A DNA stretch of 43,990 nucleotides from Candidatus Latescibacterota bacterium. Lineage in GTDB: Bacteria > Latescibacterota > UBA2968. The stretch is taken from NCBI GenBank assembly GCA_022822565.1, contig JAJEAX010000280.1, positions 1 to 43,990 on the forward strand, in the 5' to 3' direction. The notes below the pieces were generated by a model. The model made no database searches, was not told the origin of the DNA, and saw only the letters and a program-made list of their open reading frames with translations. Positions 39,101 to 43,990 of this stretch are shown here, piece after piece. How positions within the stretch are numbered: position 1 is the first letter of the stretch; the number at the start of each line of letters is the position of its first letter. The translations under genes were made by a program, and so were the position numbers.

Positions 39101-40670
39101 TGCCCAACTCGGAGGGGATACCACCCGACAACGCGTTGTTCCTGAGCCATAGCCGTGTCAGGTTTGTGAGGCTGCCCAACTCGGAGGGGATACCACCCGA
39201 CAACTCGTTGCCGTTAAGAGACAGCTCTGTCAGGTTAGTGAGGCTGCCCAACTCGGATGGGATACTGCCCGACAACTGGTTGCCATGAAGCCCCAGCACT
39301 TCCAGGTTGGTCAGGTTGCCCAACTCGGTAGGAATACGACCCGACAATGCGTTGTTGAAAAGATGCAGCACTTCCAGGTTTGTGAGGTTGCCCAGCCAAG
39401 ATGGAATACCGCCCGTCAAATCGTTGGCACCAAGATTCAGCCATGTCAAGTTGGTCAAGTTAGACAGCGCAGACACATCTGAGAGGCGGTTAAAGGAAAG
39501 ACTCAACGTTCTCAGGTTGGTCAGGCCGGATAGCGGCGAGAGGTCGGATATTTCGTTACTATTAACCAACCCCCCAGACACAGACACTGCACCAAGTACC
39601 AATCTTGTCAGACCAGTTGCATGCTCAAGCCCGGTCAAATCGCTGATGTTCGAGTTCGGTGCCGCAAGGCGCGTCAAGGTCGCCATCTCTGCCCTCGTGA
39701 TCGCCGCCCCCCTCGCCTTGCCCAGACTATCCGCAATCACCGCACGCAGGTTCGCATCCGGAATGTCAACTGCCGTTGCACTGCCACCACCGCCACCACC
39801 GCCAGGAGGCGTAGAGACATCTTTGCCATAGCTGATGCTAAAGATCAGAAAATCGCCAAAGCCTATCGCGCCATCGCTGTCTAAGTCATACTTCGTTTCA
39901 TATCTCCCATCGCTCTGACGGGCCCCATACTGACCCGCAAACACCAAAAAGTCGGAAAAATCGACCTTCCCATCGCGGTTAAAGTCCGGTGTGAGGACCT
40001 GTAACTGTAACTTTAACTCAACCCGCACATCCAGGGTCATACTTTGGAGTTGCCCACTTCGACCAAGCTCCGCACGCACCAACCGAATCACTGTGCCCGA
40101 AAACCCTCCTGTTGTGCGAAAGCGAACTGTGCCAACCAAACCACTGTTGGCTGTTGCTTGACCACCTAAAGACGCGATGCCTATTTCGACAAAACCTGTA
40201 CCTTGCGATGGCAGGGCCTGGGCATTGGGCAGCACATCGCCAGCAGCAAAACCGTCGTAAGTCACCTGACCGGCATCGTATTCAAAGCGCACTGAAAGAC
40301 CATTTGCATTGCGAATATCTTGCCCAAAGATCTGAATAGCGACCATCTCATCGGTGGATACATTGGCTGAGGTAACTGACTGATCACCTGCGCTACCATC
40401 CACATCCAGTGATAGAGAAAAGCTATTCTGCGCTGAACGGCCGGAATTAAACGACAGAGGCATCGCCGCTGTATTGCCATCATTCATTTTATTGTCGCTG
40501 GCATCAATGTCAACTGACACAACAGCATTGGCATTGGGACCTGCAGAGGCTTGACCTGCAAAGACCAGCAATGTCAGAATGATCAATAACAGATTTTGGA
40601 AAAAGGAGAACAGAGAGGCAAAGCCGGACAGTGCCAACGGTTGCTTCAATGTTGGGATGTGGTGTATCAT
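36114..40670 (-). CDS. Giant secreted eukaryotic-like protein: cohesin-like, dockerin/EF-hand, internalin LRR, two plant-type LRR arrays, two CARDB domains, YWTD (LDL-receptor) propeller; truncated by frameshift
   Basis: Signal ending ASA-G; DFNRDGKVDFSDF and DLDSDGAIGFGDF; IPDANLRAVI cap; LxxLxLxxNxLSGxIPxELG repeats; PDLIVESPSV...YYYGACV; KIYWTD/KMYWSD repeats. Confidence 0.9.
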   Translation of the reverse strand: MIHHIPTLKQPLALSGFASLFSFFQNLLLIILTLLVFAGQASAGPNANAVVSVDIDASDNKMNDGNTAAMPLSFNSGRSAQNSFSLSLDVDGSAGDQSVTSANVSTDEMVAIQIFGQDIRNANGLSVRFEYDAGQVTYDGFAAGDVLPNAQALPSQGTGFVEIGIASLGGQATANSGLVGTVRFRTTGGFSGTVIRLVRAELGRSGQLQSMTLDVRVELKLQLQVLTPDFNRDGKVDFSDFLVFAGQYGARQSDGRYETKYDLDSDGAIGFGDFLIFSISYGKDVSTPPGGGGGGGSATAVDIPDANLRAVIADSLGKARGAAITRAEMATLTRLAAPNSNISDLTGLEHATGLTRLVLGAVSVSGGLVNSNEISDLSPLSGLTNLRTLSLSFNRLSDVSALSNLTNLTWLNLGANDLTGGIPSWLGNLTNLEVLHLFNNALSGRIPTELGNLTNLEVLGLHGNQLSGSIPSELGSLTNLTELSLNGNELSGGIPSELGSLTNLTRLWLRNNALSGGIPSELGSLTNLTGLALNGNDLSGSIPVELGNLTNLEVLWLRNNALSGGIPSELGSLSNLIGLALDRNQLSGSIPAELGNLTNLTELYLFANASLSGPLPGSFTGLDALELLHMDGTGLCAPTDAAFQTWLQGIANKRGVVNCGDVPASDRDALVALYNATDGPNWRFKTNWLSDRPLNEWYGVTADASGRVTQLRLYAIATGDGDTVGVDTRASGGYYFIGNGLSGSIPSELGSLANLTELWLQGNDLTGGIPSELGNLTNLEVLWLRNNPLSGRIPAELGSLTNLTRLDLSFNELTGRIPAELGNLTNLQWLVLYQNELSGGIPTELGSLTNLTVLDLSFNELSGGIPSELGNLTNLTALSLGANDLTGGIPSWLGSLTNLTRLALYANELSGSIPVELGNLTNLQELWLGANDLTGGIPSWLGNLTNLQELYLNGNAGLSGPLPGSFTGLNNLTTLSMQNTGLCAPMDAAFQTWLQGIASKSGVVNCGSPDLIVESPSVNDNTLTTGQSFTLSATVRNQGSRQSAATTLRYYRSSDATISTTDTEVGTDAVDDLAASRTSAESISLTAPSSAGTYYYGACVESVSGESDTDNNCSDGIRVTVETGPDLVVESPSVSNSSLTVGQSFTLSATVRNQGGSASASTTLRYYRSSDATISTGDTEVGTDAVDGLAASMTNDESISLTAPSSAGTYYYGACVASVSGESNTNNNCSPAVQVTVSSGSGTPKIYWTDWNAGKIQRSNLDGSGVEDLVSGLIWPSGIALDVGSGKIYWSNLLDPGPSKIQRSNLDGSGVEDLVTGLNWPSSIALDVGSGKIYWTDTGPSKIQRSNLDGSGVEDLVTGLNWPGNIALDVGAKKMYWSDSEAGKVQRSNLDGTNVEDLVTGLRGPFGIALDVNSDKMYWTNSDKIQRSNLDGTNVEDLVTTGLRDPVGIALDVGTKKMYWSDSEAGKVQRSNLDGTNVEDLVTGLRGPFGIALDTSGRSGSGGSPDPIVESPSVNVTP
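36185..36940 (-). repeat. YWTD repeats (about 120-135 bp, near-identical DNA)
   Basis: GGTCTTCAACATTGGTACCATCCAGGTTAGACCGCTGAA x3 and GGTCTTCCACGCCGCTCCCGTCCAGATTCGACCGCTGAATCTTG x3, giving 6 blades. Confidence 0.85.
37740..39460 (-). repeat. Two arrays of 72-bp plant-type LRR units
   Basis: Recurrent GTCAGGTT(A/T)GTGAGG(T/C)TGCCCAACTC and GGGATACCACCCGACAA; about 9 units per array, separated by a cap domain. Confidence 0.88.
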
Positions 40671-40717
40671 CTTCTGTTTCCACCCTTGGTTTTGAGGTTC
40701 TGGTGTTTGAGATTGTG

Positions 40718-40750
40718 AAAGAGAGCAGGCGATCGCCTGTCTCTCTCCTT
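40718..40750 (-). terminator. Hairpin or terminator between the two secreted-protein genes
   Basis: Minus strand GAGAGAGACAGGCGATCGCCTGCTCTCTTTC; core 14-bp palindrome CAGGCGATCGCCTG. Confidence 0.5.
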
Positions 40751-40876
40751 TACTCGTTCAGATTTTATTTTTTAATCAGATCAGCCCGTTGCTTTTCTCC
40801 GATTGGCATAGGGCGCATCAAGTACTCGTACTCGACTTGCATCGAGTCTTCTATTTGTCTCAAGTTTTTCAATTTT

Positions 40877-42274
40877 CTACAAATCCGATTGGTCTAAACG
40901 TGCTTTTAGTCTATCGTGGGCGTCTATAATTTCTTGTGGAATTGCACCTACCTTACGCCCCTGGTCAGCAAGCTCAGGTGGGATAGCTAATTTAGGAGCG
41001 TGAACGTCAAAACCCTCGCCTTGTGTGCGGCCACTATTAGAGGTAAGATTATATACACTCCCTTGATTGATCGACTCGCCTTTGTCATAGAAATACATAA
41101 TGCCCACTGCCTTGTCGCCTTGAATATCAAAGACAAAGAAGCCATTATAGCTACTGTTGCTCTCCAAAATTGTGTACTGGCTTAACCCTTTGCTATAACC
41201 GCCAAGAATCCTACGCCCCCAATCATCACCCCCCCATACAGGCAGTTCCCCGTCGTTAAACGCCTGGTCAGAGATATATCCCAAAATGTAATAGTAATCT
41301 AATACGCTGCTGCCTGATAGCCCAGCGATCAGCTTCCAAAATCCCAATAAATTTCTGGCGCGTTCTTCTTGCGGGGTCGCGCTACCCACTGTGATGGTGT
41401 CACGAATGGTATTCTGAACCGTAATCGTATCACGAATAGTATTCTGAACCGTGATGGTGTCGCGGATGGTGACGGTATTCTGGAGGGTGATGGTATCACG
41501 GATGGTATTTTGGACGGTGATCGTATCACGGACAACATCGCGGAGAATAACCGTATCCCGAACAGTATTTTGAACTGTAATGGTGTCACGGGCGGTAATC
41601 GTAACCGTATCACGGACAGTAACCTGAACAACGCGCACAACAGGTTGTGGCGGTGTCGGTGCTGGCCCTGTCCGCCCAAAATTGTCCACGAACAGCAGAA
41701 AGTCGGTGAAATTAACATTGCCATCAAGGTTCAGATCACCGGGGAAAGGTTTTATCGTGTTGGTAAAAAGAACAGTGCTTGTCGATGTGATGACATCAGA
41801 GGATGTAGCAGTTTCGGCCAACACGACGCTTTGGAGACCGATGAAAAAATCTCGACCCGTCACATCTGCTATTGTTGTAAACGTCGCTTGCCCCAAAAAA
41901 CCCGATGGTGGCAAAGAAACAGGCACAGGCGAGGCAAGGTTCGCCCCTGTTGACTCTGGAATCACAAAGGCAAACGCGCTATTTTCAACGCTGACAAAAG
42001 ACACCAGGGACGTGTCAAAATCAAATATGATTGACATCCCTGAAAGTGGTGTGGTGACACCTTTTGCAAACACTTCAACAACAATAGTCGCGCCTTGGCC
42101 AGAAACAGTACCCGAGATAACACCATCATCTACCTGATTGCCTTGTCCGCCAGCAGGCACAAGGTCGAGAGTAATGGTGGCATTGATATTCGCGCCAGCA
42201 TGAACCTGAGAAATAAATACTACACCAGCAAACAACAGACAGAAAAGCACAGCACAGATAAACTTTTTCAACAT
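40877..42274 (-). CDS. Secreted protein with cohesin-like domain, dockerin/EF-hand, Thr/Val-rich repeat and unknown C-terminal beta domain
   Basis: Signal ending VHA-G; FDFDTSLVSFVSVE; GDLNLDGNVNFTDFLLF..NFG; RDTITVQNT repeats. Confidence 0.8.
   Translation of the reverse strand: MLKKFICAVLFCLLFAGVVFISQVHAGANINATITLDLVPAGGQGNQVDDGVISGTVSGQGATIVVEVFAKGVTTPLSGMSIIFDFDTSLVSFVSVENSAFAFVIPESTGANLASPVPVSLPPSGFLGQATFTTIADVTGRDFFIGLQSVVLAETATSSDVITSTSTVLFTNTIKPFPGDLNLDGNVNFTDFLLFVDNFGRTGPAPTPPQPVVRVVQVTVRDTVTITARDTITVQNTVRDTVILRDVVRDTITVQNTIRDTITLQNTVTIRDTITVQNTIRDTITVQNTIRDTITVGSATPQEERARNLLGFWKLIAGLSGSSVLDYYYILGYISDQAFNDGELPVWGGDDWGRRILGGYSKGLSQYTILESNSSYNGFFVFDIQGDKAVGIMYFYDKGESINQGSVYNLTSNSGRTQGEGFDVHAPKLAIPPELADQGRKVGAIPQEIIDAHDRLKARLDQSDL
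41386..41620 (-). repeat. Coding tandem repeat (about 30 bp, [VI]RDT[IV]TVQNT)
   Basis: 8 copies of RDT[IV]; DNA unit similar to GTATCACG(A/G)A...GTATT(C/T)TG. Confidence 0.85.
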
Positions 42275-42298
42275 CTTTCCCTCCCTGACAATTAAGAA

Positions 42299-42628
42299 TT
42301 AAAAAACCTGCTCCACAAGCATCCAGAAAAACGCCAGAACCCCCACGAATACCAAAGCTGGTTGTATTAGTGGAATTATCGCCATCGCTATTATAGACAA
42401 CAGCACTATTACAGATATAGACAACAGCAACATTGGCCATGTCCCGGATACTTCTTTCCCGCGTGAAACACTCATCACAAGTGCCCACACCCATCCGATA
42501 AATGTCCAACCGAGAAAGAGGTTGATGACAAAAACCTTGCCCAAATCACTGTGCTTGCGAATAGCTGCAACAATGACCGGCACAAAATACAGAAAGACAA
42601 AAAACAAAAGCCCTACCAACTCGCCCAT
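42299..42628 (-). CDS. Superinfection immunity (T4 Imm-like) membrane protein with extra TM helices
   Basis: LYFVP.IVAA.RKH......F.INLFLGWT.IGW..AL signature; SD AGGAG. Confidence 0.85.
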   Translation of the reverse strand: MGELVGLLFFVFLYFVPVIVAAIRKHSDLGKVFVINLFLGWTFIGWVWALVMSVSRGKEVSGTWPMLLLSISVIVLLSIIAMAIIPLIQPALVFVGVLAFFWMLVEQVF

Positions 42629-42645
42629 CTAATTTCTCCTAAACA

Positions 42646-42845
42646 GTGGGATTCGCTTATTCTAAACAAGGACGAAAACGAGATACAAGATGGTTCGGCT
42701 ATAAGGTGCATATGACTGAAACGTGTGAGAAAAATCAACCCAACCTGGTGATCCACGTAGAAACACGGTCAGCACCTCAAGATGATCAGAGCTTTGACAT
42801 CACCCATTTTCATTTTGATTGGAAAAACAAAAAAACCGTGCCAGT
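42646..42845 (+). pseudogene. IS1182/IS5-like DDE transposase internal remnant
   Basis: RKRDTRWFGYKVHMTETCE...PNLV.HVET..A..DD joined directly to F..DW; no start and apparently internally deleted. Confidence 0.7.
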
Positions 42846-42871
42846 ACATAACTCAGGAGAAAAAATGCAAC

Positions 42872-42951
42872 TTGATTTTGTGGTTTTGGCGTTTTACATT
42901 GTGAAACAGAGCGGGTGACGGTTTACAAGGCCGTTCCTATCTCTATTTTTT
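42872..42951 (+). ncRNA. Candidate small RNA unit: promoter, hairpin and U-tract
   Basis: TTGATT-17-TACATT, then AGAG...GACGGTT-TACAA-GGCCGTT...CTCT-ATTTTTT. Confidence 0.35.
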
Positions 42952-43182
42952 GCGGCGAAGGGCCACAAGGCTCTCCAACCCAGACAGCCCTTCGCCGTTC
43001 ACACAGGCGCAATTAACGCACGCCTGCGGTTTATTCATTCAAATTACCCTTTGACAACGTTTGATATTTACCACCCAAATAATATCTCCAAACGGAGATT
43101 GTCAAGAGTTTTTACCATATAAAATAAAACGCTACCCGGTTGTAAAGTAAACAACCGATACCCATGTCCCGATATTCACCCC

Positions 43183-43211
43183 AACCGCCCAACACAACGG
43201 GCGGTTTTTTT
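43183..43211 (+). terminator. Intrinsic terminator about 80 nt upstream of the TPR gene
   Basis: AACCGCCC-AACACAAC-GGGCGGTT-TTTTT. Confidence 0.75.
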
Positions 43212-43292
43212 GTGTCTTTTGAGGCAACTTCTATGCATCTTAGCGGTTAAAATAGAAATACCCCATTCCCCCCCCATACGAGGAGACGCCAA

Positions 43293-43990
43293 ATGATATT
43301 GCGAATGCTATTAGTTCTCATATTCGTCACATCAACAAATGTAGCCTGGGCAAATATCGACTCTTTGCTCATTGCAGCCTCAGATACAACGCGTGGGTTT
43401 GATGAACGCGAGTCGCTGTTAAAAGAGGCTGCAAAAAGCGATCCGTTGGGACGCGCGGCCCACGCACTGGGCGCATTGTACATGTTGCAGGGCAAAAGTC
43501 ATGTACACAGTGCAGAGCGATGGTTGAAAAGGGCGATGCAAAAACAACCCAATAATGGAAATATTTTGACCTCATTGGCCGAGTATTACTGGCGCATCGG
43601 GCGGCGAACAACCGCAATCGTATATGCCAAACGGGGTATTGAACGCGACCCCGACAATGTGGGACCATTGTATTGGGCGGCGCGCTTTGAGATGTGGAAC
43701 ATGACGCGATATCTCGATGGCGAGCGCAGAATTGTGAATTACGGTTCGGATTTCAATAGATACAGGAGAACCGTCAGAACATTGAGCTTGGAAAATTACG
43801 GCATTGAAGCGCGCGATGCGGCCATTGGATATTTGACGCGCGCAATTGCCAAACACCCAGACCACTGGCCCTCGCATCACTTATTGGGGCTGGTCTATTA
43901 CGAAGGTCGAATGCCTCGTGAATTGATTCCCCTATTTGAAAATTATGTGCAACGGCATCCCGACAATGCCCATGCACATTTTTTTGTGGG
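43293..43990 (+). CDS. Secreted TPR-repeat protein, partial at the window end (not in the ORF track)
   Basis: SD AGGAG; MILRMLLVLIFVTSTNVAWA signal peptide; TPR motifs (AHALGALYM, LAEYYW...A.VYAKRGIERDPDN, HHLLGLVYY); open to 43990. Confidence 0.8.
   Translation, partial: MILRMLLVLIFVTSTNVAWANIDSLLIAASDTTRGFDERESLLKEAAKSDPLGRAAHALGALYMLQGKSHVHSAERWLKRAMQKQPNNGNILTSLAEYYWRIGRRTTAIVYAKRGIERDPDNVGPLYWAARFEMWNMTRYLDGERRIVNYGSDFNRYRRTVRTLSLENYGIEARDAAIGYLTRAIAKHPDHWPSHHLLGLVYYEGRMPRELIPLFENYVQRHPDNAHAHFFV

Noticed and set aside
34230-39460. CRISPR array suggested by periodic repeats
   Set aside because: Periods are multiples of 3 within open reading frames (LRR and YWTD), the intervening sequences are homologous to each other, and no cas genes are present.
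34087-40670. Diversity-generating retroelement as the cause of LRR variation
   Set aside because: No reverse transcriptase or non-coding template repeat in the window, and the differences are block swaps rather than adenine-specific changes; a trans-acting element cannot be excluded.
40769-40876. Short minus-strand frame (...LRQIEDSMQVEYEYLMRPMPIGEKQRADLIKK*) after the 40877 stop
   Set aside because: Could be a gene-end remnant, but it has no SD or recognisable motif.
1-43990. tRNA or rRNA genes, prophage, integrase
   Set aside because: No cloverleaf or T-loop signatures in the intergenic regions and no phage structural or integrase ORFs recognised by eye.

Overview
Bacterial chromosomal segment. 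A housekeeping core (about 3.7-33.6 kb) is flanked by two accessory regions. The core holds, on the minus strand, DUF512 radical SAM-der-MerR, rimP-nusA-infB-DUF503-rbfA-truB-ribF-rpsO-pnp, asnS-leuS and bamD-nadD-hypothetical-zapA. On the plus strand it holds a GT2 glycosyltransferase, rbsK, an unannotated 58-aa small gene with its own promoter and terminator, and Zn-ribbon-purB-rmlC-purL-CocE/NonD-sulfatase; the PurL has eukaryote-type motifs. The left accessory region (1-3.6 kb) has an IS3 left end interrupting a DUF998-like gene, a secreted MORN-repeat protein and an AAA/PD-(D/E)XK nuclease. The right accessory region (33.6-44 kb) has an Rpn-like remnant, a REP doublet and a roughly 2,190-codon secreted eukaryotic-like protein split by one 1-bp deletion (cohesin-like, dockerin/EF-hand, internalin and plant-type LRR arrays, 3 CARDB domains, YWTD propeller). 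It also has a second cohesin/dockerin-like protein with a DT[IV] repeat, a T4 Imm-like gene, an IS1182-like remnant, a hairpin-dense intergenic region and a partial TPR protein. The gene content suggests a diderm FCB-group organism (Latescibacterota/Gemmatimonadota-like), probably a sponge symbiont; this is inference only. The most promising candidate system is a modular cohesin/dockerin-anchored surface receptor whose LRR binding face looks combinatorially reshuffled, reminiscent of lamprey VLRs. All calls come from reading motifs by eye; no database searches were run.
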